64,000 nt of DNA, taken from contig WFXC01000017.1 in NCBI GenBank assembly GCA_015490805.1, forward strand, positions 1,073 to 65,072, given 5' to 3'. The DNA is from Candidatus Kapaibacterium sp. (GTDB lineage: Bacteria > Bacteroidota > Ignavibacteria > Kapaibacteriales > WFXC01). Both the position numbers and the translations under genes were made by a program. Of the stretch, positions 9,715 to 18,074 are shown piece by piece. The notes beneath the pieces were generated by a model. The model was not told the origin of the DNA, ran no database searches, and saw only the letters and a list, made by a program, of their open reading frames with translations. How positions within the stretch are numbered: position 1 is the first letter of the stretch; every line of letters starts with the position of its first letter.

Positions 9715-9922
9715 AGCAAAACTCCGCCGGCTGGAAGAAATTCTCGACATTCTGGATCACGGCTCCGAACCCCTGGATACATTGATCCAGTTGTACAAAG
9801 AAGGAACGGCATTAGTGCAGGAATTGCAAAAGATGCTGGAAACAGCGGAACTGGAAATCAAACAACTCACTCCCCAGACGCCGTCGGACGCAGACGATAC
9901 CGAAACAGCGATAGATCAATAA
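9692..9922 (+). CDS. xseB: exodeoxyribonuclease VII small subunit
   Basis: This is an internal ATG (9692) of track ORF 9497..9922. The product MGSMKTFEAKLRRLEEILDILDHGSEPLDTLIQLYKEG is a typical XseB N-terminus. It overlaps the xseA end by 23 nt. Confidence 0.85.
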   Translation: MGSMKTFEAKLRRLEEILDILDHGSEPLDTLIQLYKEGTALVQELQKMLETAELEIKQLTPQTPSDADDTETAIDQ

Positions 9923-9956
9923 ACCGTTTTTTCCGAATCAAAAGGCAGAACAAACG

Positions 9957-11177
9957 ATGCGGCACGAGCAACAACGTCTTCAATCGAAGCAACATACCAT
10001 CTTAGTGGTTGACGATGAACCCTTTATTCTGGAGATGCTGGAAGATTACCTGAAGGAGCAATATACCGTCCTGACCGCCAGCTCGGCAGAAGAAGCACTC
10101 CAGCTCCTCCATCGTCATCCTGAGATCGACATCATCATTTCCGATCAGCGGATGCCCGGAATGTCCGGCATCGAATTTCTCAAAAAAAGTCTGGAAACCC
10201 ACCCGAATGCCGAACGCATCATCATCACCGCATACGCTGATCTGGAGAGTGTGCTGGAAGGACTGAACGAAGCTCGAATCTCGTATTACTTCCCGAAACC
10301 GATCGATCTCTATCAGATCAAATTAGCAATCCAGCAACTGGTGGAAAAGATCGACCTGTGGCAATCGAATGTGGAACTCATTGAGCAGTTGAAAGAACAA
10401 AACCGGCTCATTGAACAAAAAATCTCAGAGCGTACGAAGGAACTGCAATTGGCATTGCAAAAACTCCGGGAACATCAACTGCTGCAACAGCGTTTTTTTA
10501 ACATCGCCGTTCACGATCTGAAAAATCCCCTGTCCACCCTCCGTATTCTATGCACCGAGATCGGAAAGCTCGTCGACAATGCAGAAGTGCAACAGTTGTT
10601 ATCAATGGCGCAGGATCCGCTCAACACGATGGAGGAGCTGGTCCAGGACATTCTGACCGTCACCAGACTCCAGGCGGAGCAGGACGTGCTGGAAATCCAG
10701 CCGGTCAACTTAGCGGAACTGCTGCAGGCATCCGTGTACGAATTTGCTCCGCAGGCGGAAAAGAAAAACATCCAGCTTATTCTCGACCTGCCGGAGGATC
10801 TTCCACCGATTGAAGGCGATTACCGACGGCTCAAGCAGGTTTTCGATAACCTGATCAGCAACGGGATCAAGTACACGCCGCCCGGAGGTAAAGTAACGAT
10901 TACCGCTTCGGCAAATCAACAGGCGGTTACGGTTGCTGTCCGGGACACCGGCGTTGGAATGACACCCGAAGATCTGGAAAAAGTCTTCGGCGAATTCCAG
11001 ACGCTCTCTGCCAAACCAACCGGTGGAGAAAGCAGCACAGGGCTGGGGCTGTTCATCGTCCACAAAATCGTCACGCTGCACCACGGGCGAATCACTGCTG
11101 CCAGTGAAGGTCCCGGCAAAGGCTCTACCTTCACTGTGACCCTGCCACTTCGGCAGCCAGCAAAGCAAGCATCATAA
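9957..11177 (+). CDS. hybrid response regulator / histidine kinase (REC-HisKA-HATPase)
   Basis: The N-terminal REC domain reads ILVVDDEPFILEML...ISDQRMPGMSG. A coiled-coil linker follows, then H-box VHDLKNPLSTL, N-box LISNGIKYTPPGG and G-boxes DTGVGM and GLGLFIV. Confidence 0.85.
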   Translation: MRHEQQRLQSKQHTILVVDDEPFILEMLEDYLKEQYTVLTASSAEEALQLLHRHPEIDIIISDQRMPGMSGIEFLKKSLETHPNAERIIITAYADLESVLEGLNEARISYYFPKPIDLYQIKLAIQQLVEKIDLWQSNVELIEQLKEQNRLIEQKISERTKELQLALQKLREHQLLQQRFFNIAVHDLKNPLSTLRILCTEIGKLVDNAEVQQLLSMAQDPLNTMEELVQDILTVTRLQAEQDVLEIQPVNLAELLQASVYEFAPQAEKKNIQLILDLPEDLPPIEGDYRRLKQVFDNLISNGIKYTPPGGKVTITASANQQAVTVAVRDTGVGMTPEDLEKVFGEFQTLSAKPTGGESSTGLGLFIVHKIVTLHHGRITAASEGPGKGSTFTVTLPLRQPAKQAS

Positions 11178-11181
11178 GAAA

Positions 11182-11212
11182 GGGGAAACCACGGAGGGTT
11201 TGCCCCTCTTTT
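11182..11212 (+). terminator. rho-independent terminator candidate after the REC-kinase gene
   Basis: The sequence is ggggaaacc-acggag-ggtttgcccc, a 9-bp stem with one bulge. It is followed by tcttttgg and begins 5 nt after the stop codon. Confidence 0.6.
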
Positions 11213-11257
11213 GGAAAATCCGTCTTCCACAGCGCAGGGTAAATTACAGCAAAAACG

Positions 11258-11701
11258 CCACGCCGACTTCCGTCAACAAAAGCCGGGAGTGCCGACTTTC
11301 GTTGGCAAAGAATTAAAAGTGCACCCTAAAGGGTGCGCTCCCCAGTCGCAACCCATTGGCAGCGCCGACTTTCGTCGGCAAAGAAGATGCACGCTGAAGC
11401 GTACGCTCCCAGCGGACGTGTAGGGGCGAAGCAATGCTTCGCCCAATGGGCGACCCGATGGGTCGCCCCTACGGGCATGCGTGGATAACGGGGCAATGTA
11501 CGCCGCAAAGCGTGCGCTCCCGGTAACGGGGAGCACACCACCGGGAGCGCCGGCTTTAGCCGGCAAAGAATTAAAAGTGCACCCTAAAGGGTGCGCTCCC
11601 CAGTCGCAACCCATTGGCAGCGCCAACTCTCGTTGGCAAAATCTGGGAGCGCCGGCTTTCGTTGGCAAAGAAGATGCACGCTGAAGTGGGCGCTCCCGGT
11701 A
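11258..11701. repeat. mosaic array of short GC-rich hairpin modules (REP/BIME-like), array 2
   Basis: The module families match array 1 but in the opposite orientation. gggagYgccgRctttMgYYggcaaagaa occurs at about 11285, 11361, 11543 and 11645. agtgcaccctaaagggtgcgct occurs at 11318 and 11576. gatgcacgctgaagYgKRcgctccc occurs at 11386 and 11672. An identical 63-nt direct duplication lies at 11304..11366 and 11562..11624. Twin 21-nt hairpins lie at 11424..11444 and 11448..11468. Confidence 0.8.
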
Positions 11702-11710
11702 GACTGAAAC

Positions 11711-14335
11711 CTACGGTGTCACGGCAACCGGGAGGGTTACCACCTTTCCACTCTGCCACTGCACCCGGCACACATAGACGCCGGGGGAAAGCAACGGCGA
11801 CAGGGTAAAGGATCGCCCCCGTCCCCGATGCATTGCAAGCTGTCGCCCCTGCAGATCGTAGAGTGTGATGGTCACCGCTCCCATCTGCGTTAGCTCCAGG
11901 TGTAACCGCCGGTCGATCAATCGCCACTGCACATCTGCTGTACGATCGGCAAATTCCGGTGTACGGCTCAATGATGGCGGCTGCCATCGAACCACCCCGT
12001 AGCTGACCCCCAGATACCGATCGGGAACCAGCACATAGCGGAATTCCCCGCCGATCCATACCTCATTGCCGACCCGCAAAGCGGTATAGATCCTTCCAGA
12101 TAGAAATGGAGGAAACAGCCCCTCAAACCGTGCCTTCTCCACTACTCCCAGCCGTCCCGTTCCCTCCTGCCACGCCACTTCCACTATATGACTCCCACCA
12201 AACACCCACCAGCCATAGTCCGGTAGTTCCACGGCATAATCCAGCAGCACATTCGTCCGGGTCTCCACCGCATCGGTTACCAGCGGCACCCGTTGCCACT
12301 GCTCCCCATCCCAGAGTGCAGCGTTACGGATCACCGTTCCATCCGCTCGATGAACCGCCAATTTTCCAAAGATTGCGATACCAGCAGCCGCTCTGGCAAT
12401 CACCGACACCCTACCGTCGATCCAATCACCGGGGTTGCCAACGCGCTGCCACTGCTCCCCATCCCAGAGCGCAAAATTCCGAAGCGTATCTCCGGACGCC
12501 AGCGGGATGCGGAACTCGCCACCGAAATACACACCGGCAGTATCTTTCAGCAGGGCAAAGCAGCGGAAATTTCCATCGACAGCAGATAACCCGGCAAAAT
12601 CCTGCCACCGCTGCTGCTCCAGATCGTATACCCGGATGCGGGTAAACTTCCCTTTCGCTGAATCCTCCTCCAGCGGTCCAACGGCATAGAGCTTCTGACG
12701 CCAGAGGGCAAGATGCCGCACTGCCGGCATTGCCGCTTCACCAATCCCTCCCAGTCGCTCCCACCGCCGCTGCTGCTTCGAAAAGCGGAACAGTATACCG
12801 TATCTCCCATCATATCCCTGTCCGTAGATAGCCAGAAATTCTCCTCCCACATAGACTGCTGTAGAGTCCACTGCGATCGCATAGGCTCTCCGTCCATTCA
12901 ATAGATGTGCGCAACCATCGTACAGCGGCTCCCACTGTTGCCACCGTTTGTTCCACCGCGCTACCACTCCCATCGGCACCGGTCCCGCTTTTCGGAAATA
13001 CTGCCCCGCCACGTATACGTACTCCGGATCCTGTGCCATTGCCCATACGGTGGGGAGCCCAATCCACCGATCGAACCCGTGAATGATCTCCTGTCCCAGA
13101 TTCTCCCAGTCCAGCGTTCGGAAATCCACACGCATCAGGGCTTTCCCCCCATCCGGCATCACAAACCACCCCGCTGCATACCACCACTGTCGCTGGTCAC
13201 TGATGATCCGTGTGATACCGTTATGCGATAGACAGGGGAAGGCGACCGGCTCCCATTGATCGTCATCGGTCAACCGACCAACCCACATCCACCAGGAAGC
13301 TGTGTCCGCTGGCGAATACTGAGTAAATACCGCATAGAGCTGCTCGTGATGCCGAAAAAATGTTTGCACCAGGCTGTGTCGGGGCAACGGTAGCTCCTCA
13401 ACCGATCGATCAGGCACAGCAATGCGGTAGAGGTGCCGCTGTCCACCCAGTTGCTCCCCATACACGTACAGCAGCGTGTCTTCCATCACAAAAGTCTGAA
13501 GTCCCACGGTAGGAAAACTATCCAGCGGGACAGCAACCGGTTCCCACTGCCGACGTTCCAGATCGTAGACTGCCGCATTTCGGGCTTCGACTGTATCACT
13601 ACTGCTGAGCACCCGATCAAAGAAACCAAACACCCACACCGTTTTCCCGACGGCAACATACTTCGTTGCCATCGGCACTCCCCTGTCCCGTCCCAGCCTT
13701 CCAATAGCGGGCAACCGTTCCATCGTCGCCAGATTGTATGCCCGGACATACTGATATGCCCGTTCGTCGGGTTCTACTACCGTGATCCCATCGGAATACA
13801 GCGTATCCTCAACAATGGCGCCCGACAGAATCGCTCCTTCCACCCGTGACGGAATCATCTGCCATTGCCCATCTTTCCAGTATGCAATCGAGCGAGCGTA
13901 CCGTCCATCCAGGTCCGTAAAAGCCCCAATGGCAACCACCCCGCCTCGGTATGGCAGCAATCTCCGAATCCATCCTGTCACAGGTCCAAACTGGAGCCGA
14001 TCTGCCAGAATTTCCACCTGCTGCGTTTTCGTATGAATACGGACCAATCCAAAGGACCGATCCCCATCATAGCTCAGGCTCAGCCCTGCCACATAGAGCC
14101 AGTCGTCCAGCAACAATATATCAAGGAGCCCTGGCTTATCCAGCCCATCTCGAATTCCAAACGCTTTCCACTGCCCCAGCTCAACATATCCCTGCGTCTC
14201 CGGAAACGAGGGCACTGATTGCGCCATCAGCGCCTTCCAGTCCGGCTTTATCTCCAGTAACCGTTCCTGCGCTACTCCCGATGAAAAAATAAACAGAAAC
14301 AAGAAGAAGACAACCCCATTACTATATCCCTTCAT
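11711..14335 (-). CDS. T9SS-sorted secreted repeat protein (beta-propeller-like)
   Basis: 874 aa with a signal peptide (VVFFLFLFIFSSGVAQE). Internal repeats such as ALWDGEQWQRV occur twice. The C-terminal tail VTITLYDLQGRQL...LSPGVYVCRVQWQSGKVVTLPVAV matches a T9SS sorting domain. GAGGGAG lies 7 nt before ATG 14335. Confidence 0.75.
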   Translation of the reverse strand: MKGYSNGVVFFLFLFIFSSGVAQERLLEIKPDWKALMAQSVPSFPETQGYVELGQWKAFGIRDGLDKPGLLDILLLDDWLYVAGLSLSYDGDRSFGLVRIHTKTQQVEILADRLQFGPVTGWIRRLLPYRGGVVAIGAFTDLDGRYARSIAYWKDGQWQMIPSRVEGAILSGAIVEDTLYSDGITVVEPDERAYQYVRAYNLATMERLPAIGRLGRDRGVPMATKYVAVGKTVWVFGFFDRVLSSSDTVEARNAAVYDLERRQWEPVAVPLDSFPTVGLQTFVMEDTLLYVYGEQLGGQRHLYRIAVPDRSVEELPLPRHSLVQTFFRHHEQLYAVFTQYSPADTASWWMWVGRLTDDDQWEPVAFPCLSHNGITRIISDQRQWWYAAGWFVMPDGGKALMRVDFRTLDWENLGQEIIHGFDRWIGLPTVWAMAQDPEYVYVAGQYFRKAGPVPMGVVARWNKRWQQWEPLYDGCAHLLNGRRAYAIAVDSTAVYVGGEFLAIYGQGYDGRYGILFRFSKQQRRWERLGGIGEAAMPAVRHLALWRQKLYAVGPLEEDSAKGKFTRIRVYDLEQQRWQDFAGLSAVDGNFRCFALLKDTAGVYFGGEFRIPLASGDTLRNFALWDGEQWQRVGNPGDWIDGRVSVIARAAAGIAIFGKLAVHRADGTVIRNAALWDGEQWQRVPLVTDAVETRTNVLLDYAVELPDYGWWVFGGSHIVEVAWQEGTGRLGVVEKARFEGLFPPFLSGRIYTALRVGNEVWIGGEFRYVLVPDRYLGVSYGVVRWQPPSLSRTPEFADRTADVQWRLIDRRLHLELTQMGAVTITLYDLQGRQLAMHRGRGRSFTLSPLLSPGVYVCRVQWQSGKVVTLPVAVTP

Positions 14336-14373
14336 TCCCGGACTCCCTCTTTATTCGACTGACAAATTCCTCA

Positions 14374-14407
14374 GGAAAACAGCCTGTGGCACGGTGTGCC
14401 ACAGGCT
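14374..14407 (-). terminator. rho-independent terminator candidate after CDS 14424..15647
   Basis: There is a perfect 12-bp inverted repeat agcctgtggcac / gtgccacaggct at 14381..14407. On the minus strand it is followed by GTTTTCC. It starts 17 nt after the stop codon. Confidence 0.55.
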
Positions 14408-14423
14408 ATTACGCAGGATCATC

Positions 14424-15647
14424 TTAGCGCAACTGAATGATTCGTTGCAACTGAAAAGTTGCACCTCGAATCGCCAGTACATAAGTACCGGGGGACAGTC
14501 CCTGCAAATTCAGCGTCAGGAAGTGCTCTTTCCGTAACGCAATTTCGGGCACCGAGAAGACCCGTTGCCCCTGAAGACTGTAGAGCTCCACGGTAAAGGG
14601 TTCAGGCGTATCGAATCGAAGATAAATTTGCAATCGCCGTAGACCGGGAACGACGTAGTATCGTGCTTCCTGTACATTCGGCTCTGCAACGCTGGTGATC
14701 TGTTCCCATTCGTGCGGATCTCTTGGAACAATCCCCCGTTGAACCTCGATGGTATCCTGACAATTGAAGTAGCAGGTTTCCAGATCCGGACCCGTAGCAT
14801 ACCAGCACACTTTCCCCTCGGAAGAAGAAAGTTTTGTGATCTGCGGACCTGGTGGATCGTTAGGATCTGAAGAGCCGTTGTACCAGCAAACGTGCCACAG
14901 ATCCACGCAACATGCATCTTCACACTTATAATAAACCCATTTTGGAAACCGCGCTGCTGTATCCAGAAAAGGGAACGACTGAATGTCAGGCAATGGTGAG
15001 CCAACTGCCAGCGTACCGGGATCTTCCTCCCGTCGCTTCTTATTAATAGTCTGGGCATTCAGCTTCCAGTACCCACACGTTGCACGATATGCCCGATAGT
15101 AAGTATATCCTCCATCACTGCAAGGAAATTGCTGGAAATTCAGCGTATCAATACCAAGTGTCGAACCGCCGGTTATAGCATCCAACCAGATTATATGTTT
15201 CGTCAATACATCAATAAGGTTACTCATCTTAACACGTCCTGCTTCAATATCATTGATCAGGCTATCGCAACCATCACTCAAACGGATGGATTGAATGTAA
15301 ACTTCGCGGTATAAGCCGCACGCCTTACGGGCATAGAAAACGATCTGAAACCGACAGTCCGGATACCGATTTGCAAAAACCGAATCCAGCCTTTCCGCAA
15401 ACCCAGCCCACACTGTAGTATCATTGGGAAGGGGATACACTCGTGGACCCTCCCATTGCTCCGGACACGCAGTAGAACAGGGAACCCCCAAGGAATCACT
15501 TTGCGCCTCCACCGTTACGGGGAACATACTGCTGGACAATGCAGCAATGGCAAGAAGAGTTAATAAAAACGTTTTAACAGAGAGAGAGAGAGAGAGAGAG
15601 AGAGAAGCCGAAGAAATGGAACGTGCAGGAAGTCGCCGTACCTTCAT
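14424..15647 (-). CDS. Cys-rich exported protein of unknown function with T9SS C-terminal sorting domain
   Basis: Track ORF 14424..15677. The best start is ATG 15647, with GGAGG 5 nt upstream. The signal peptide is MKVRRLPARSISSASLSLSLSLSVKTFLLTLLAIAALSSSMFPVTVEA. I count about 14 Cys in the mature part. The C-terminal tail is FTVELYSLQGQRVF...LSPGTYVLAIRGATFQLQRIIQLR. Confidence 0.75.
   Translation of the reverse strand: MKVRRLPARSISSASLSLSLSLSVKTFLLTLLAIAALSSSMFPVTVEAQSDSLGVPCSTACPEQWEGPRVYPLPNDTTVWAGFAERLDSVFANRYPDCRFQIVFYARKACGLYREVYIQSIRLSDGCDSLINDIEAGRVKMSNLIDVLTKHIIWLDAITGGSTLGIDTLNFQQFPCSDGGYTYYRAYRATCGYWKLNAQTINKKRREEDPGTLAVGSPLPDIQSFPFLDTAARFPKWVYYKCEDACCVDLWHVCWYNGSSDPNDPPGPQITKLSSSEGKVCWYATGPDLETCYFNCQDTIEVQRGIVPRDPHEWEQITSVAEPNVQEARYYVVPGLRRLQIYLRFDTPEPFTVELYSLQGQRVFSVPEIALRKEHFLTLNLQGLSPGTYVLAIRGATFQLQRIIQLR
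15579..15604. repeat. (AG)13 dinucleotide microsatellite inside the 5' coding region of CDS 14424..15647
   Basis: Read directly: 13 uninterrupted AG units. On the coding strand they read (CT)13 and encode SLSLSLSLS. Confidence 0.95.
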
Positions 15648-15713
15648 CGCTTCCTCCGGAAATTGTGAGACATACATTTTCTTTCCCTGCTATCACCATA
15701 GCAGGTTGGCACA

Positions 15714-15742
15714 AATCTACAAAATTTTCTGCAAACATCCAA
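15714..15742 (-). promoter_or_regulatory. sigma70-like promoter candidate for the Cys-rich T9SS cargo gene
   Basis: On the minus strand the sequence is TTGGAT-N17-TAGATT. An 8-bp-stem hairpin (cctgctat/atagcagg, 15686..15705) follows in the leader. This is pattern match only. Confidence 0.3.
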
Positions 15743-15970
15743 ACGATCCGCTACGGCATTTTCCGGATGGGTGAGCAATCAAAAACCGCGCTGCTGAGCG
15801 CTGCCCGGTGTATGCTGGAACACCTCTCCCTGCTTCCTATCGCACATTCCTGCACCGGTAGTGGCAACGTGGATATGCGGTTTGCAGGTTTGAGTTCCTG
15901 CGACGAACGTTGGTACTTCTGGTAATCAGGGTGCAGTTATGCGATGAAAGCGGCGCGGTATGCAGCGCTC

Positions 15971-17173
15971 TCAGGATGAAACGGTGGGGAGTGGGGCAGC
16001 AGCGGGGTCTGTGAGTGCCGTCAGGAGTTCCACCACGAGCGAATCTGCCACGGCATAGCCCGCATCGGTGAGCCGGAGTCGATCACCATCGATGGTGCAG
16101 TACTCCGCATAGTGGTGGCAAAAAGCGGTGGCAACAGCAGTGACATCCACCGATGTTCGCGCCTGGAGTTCCCGAAGCCTCACACCCTGCGCCCGCAGTC
16201 CCAGATAGAGCAACTCCTCCAGCTCTTCCAGCGGTCCCAGATGCTCCACCGTGGCGAAAGGGAGCTGCCCCGCTGCCAGTTGCTGGCAATACTGGCGTAA
16301 ACTGCGAACGTTGGCATACCGATGTGAACCCAGAAATCCGTGTGCTGATGGTCCAAACGCCAGGTATTCTTTGCGCTCCCAGTACCGGAGGTTATGGCGG
16401 CAGCGATAGCCCGGCTGCGCAAAATTGGAAACTTCATAGTGGTCGTACCCGGCTGCCGCCAGCTTCTCCATCGTCCGACGGTACATCTCCGCTTCCACTT
16501 CTTCCGGAATCCGCTCCACCTGTGCCCGCTGCCACAGGGTGTACAGCGGCGTTCCCCGTTCGTAGGTCAACGCATAGATCGACAAATGAGGCAATTGCCA
16601 GCGGAGCACCTGATCCAGCGTCTGCTCCCACGCCTCTACGGTTTGATTCGGCAGCCCAAAAATCAGATCCGCATTGACATTGACAAACCCTGCTGCCAGC
16701 GTCTGCTCTACCGCCTGCTCAGCCGTCGCAGCCGAATGGATGCGTCCCAGAAACTGCAATTCCCGTGGCTGGAGTGATTGCACCCCAATGCTGATGCGGT
16801 TGATGCCAAGCAATCGATATGCCCGCAGTTTCTCCCGCTCCACACTTTCCGGATTGCATTCCACCGTCCACTCTTCCAGATGGGTCAGATCGAAATGAAT
16901 AGCCAGCGAGCGATAGATCCGCTCCACGTGGTGTGGAGGCAGCAGTGACGGCGTTCCGCCGCCCCAGAACATCGTTCGCACACGAATTGTCCCGGCGGTT
17001 GCCAGCCGCTCAGCCCAGAGCTGTATTTCCTGCTCCAGCGCATCAAAGAAGGCGTCCCACAGATCGAAGGAAACCACCGAATAGAAGTCGCAGTAGATGC
17101 ACTTCTGCTCACAAAACGGAATGTGCAGGTAAATCCCCAGATCCTCTGGATGCTGAATGTCCCACTGAATCAT
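15971..17173 (-). CDS. hemW: radical SAM heme chaperone HemW (HemN-like, oxygen-independent coproporphyrinogen oxidase family)
   Basis: The radical SAM motif is LHIPFCEQKCIYCDF (CxxxCxxC), with GGGTPS following. Length is about 400 aa. ATG 17173 overlaps the lepB stop as ATGA; the track ORF starts at 17200. Confidence 0.85.
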   Translation of the reverse strand: MIQWDIQHPEDLGIYLHIPFCEQKCIYCDFYSVVSFDLWDAFFDALEQEIQLWAERLATAGTIRVRTMFWGGGTPSLLPPHHVERIYRSLAIHFDLTHLEEWTVECNPESVEREKLRAYRLLGINRISIGVQSLQPRELQFLGRIHSAATAEQAVEQTLAAGFVNVNADLIFGLPNQTVEAWEQTLDQVLRWQLPHLSIYALTYERGTPLYTLWQRAQVERIPEEVEAEMYRRTMEKLAAAGYDHYEVSNFAQPGYRCRHNLRYWERKEYLAFGPSAHGFLGSHRYANVRSLRQYCQQLAAGQLPFATVEHLGPLEELEELLYLGLRAQGVRLRELQARTSVDVTAVATAFCHHYAEYCTIDGDRLRLTDAGYAVADSLVVELLTALTDPAAAPLPTVSS

Positions 17174-18072
17174 TCGATGATGGTGCCAATGCGATGCCAT
17201 CGGATGGTGCTAAACTTCTGGAAAATGCTGGGCAAATTCGTATCCCAGGACCAGTAGACGAACACGGGTTCTCCCACGATGTTGTCAATCGGCACAAATC
17301 CCCAATATCGACTGTCCAGACTCTGATCCCGGTTGTCCCCCATCGCAAAGCAGTAATCGCGTTCAACCACGTAAAAATCTGCTGGTTTCCCGTCGATCAA
17401 CACCGTTCCATTCTGCACCGCTACGGAATGTCCTTCGCGCTGAATAAAAATATTCCACTGGCGAATGTTCCGGGGAGAAATCCGGATGGTATCTCCGGCT
17501 TTGGGGACGACCAGTGGTCCGTAGTTATCCCGTGTAAATCCCATACCGGGCGGGAAGGTTCGGAATTCATCGCCCGGCGGCGCCGGTAACCGCGGATCTA
17601 TTTTGCCGTGCGGTGGCAAAGGAACAAATTTGCCGTTGATGTACAGCTTTTTATTCCGGATCAGGATCGTATCGCCGCCGAGCGCAACACACCGCTTCAG
17701 GTAGTACTGGAACTCGTCGGGTTCGACCTGATCCCGATAGCCGGGGAAAATAAACACAATCACATCACCCCGCTTGACCTGCTTCAACGGCGGCAGTTTG
17801 ATAAACGGTAATGGCGTGTTGAGAAACGGAATAATCTGCGGCGTCGATGGTCCGTAGATAAATCGATTGACGACCAAAAAATCGCCGGGTAACACGGTGT
17901 TCTCCATCGATCCGGTAGGAACGACAAAATTCGCTACCAGCGCGCCATTGATGAACATCACGATGATAACGGCGCTGACGATGGTCTTGATCCAGGATAC
18001 CAGTTTCTCTTCAAACGTCTGTGGTTTCTTCTCCTGCTTTGCCTTTTTCTTTATTCCCGGTTGTCGATTCAT
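17170..18072 (-). CDS. lepB: signal peptidase I
   Basis: The protein has an N-terminal TM. The catalytic Ser box is GSMENTVLPGD. Box E GDNRDQSLDSRYWGFVP is also present. Confidence 0.9.
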   Translation of the reverse strand: MNRQPGIKKKAKQEKKPQTFEEKLVSWIKTIVSAVIIVMFINGALVANFVVPTGSMENTVLPGDFLVVNRFIYGPSTPQIIPFLNTPLPFIKLPPLKQVKRGDVIVFIFPGYRDQVEPDEFQYYLKRCVALGGDTILIRNKKLYINGKFVPLPPHGKIDPRLPAPPGDEFRTFPPGMGFTRDNYGPLVVPKAGDTIRISPRNIRQWNIFIQREGHSVAVQNGTVLIDGKPADFYVVERDYCFAMGDNRDQSLDSRYWGFVPIDNIVGEPVFVYWSWDTNLPSIFQKFSTIRWHRIGTIIE

Positions 18073-18074
18073 CG

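Noticed and set aside
15884-15901. A tRNA-like T-arm (gcagg-tttgagtt-cctgc) in the intergenic region upstream of the Cys-rich cargo gene.
   Set aside because: The loop is 8 nt and lacks the TTCRANY consensus. No complementary acceptor stem or anticodon arm could be built from the flanking 80 nt.
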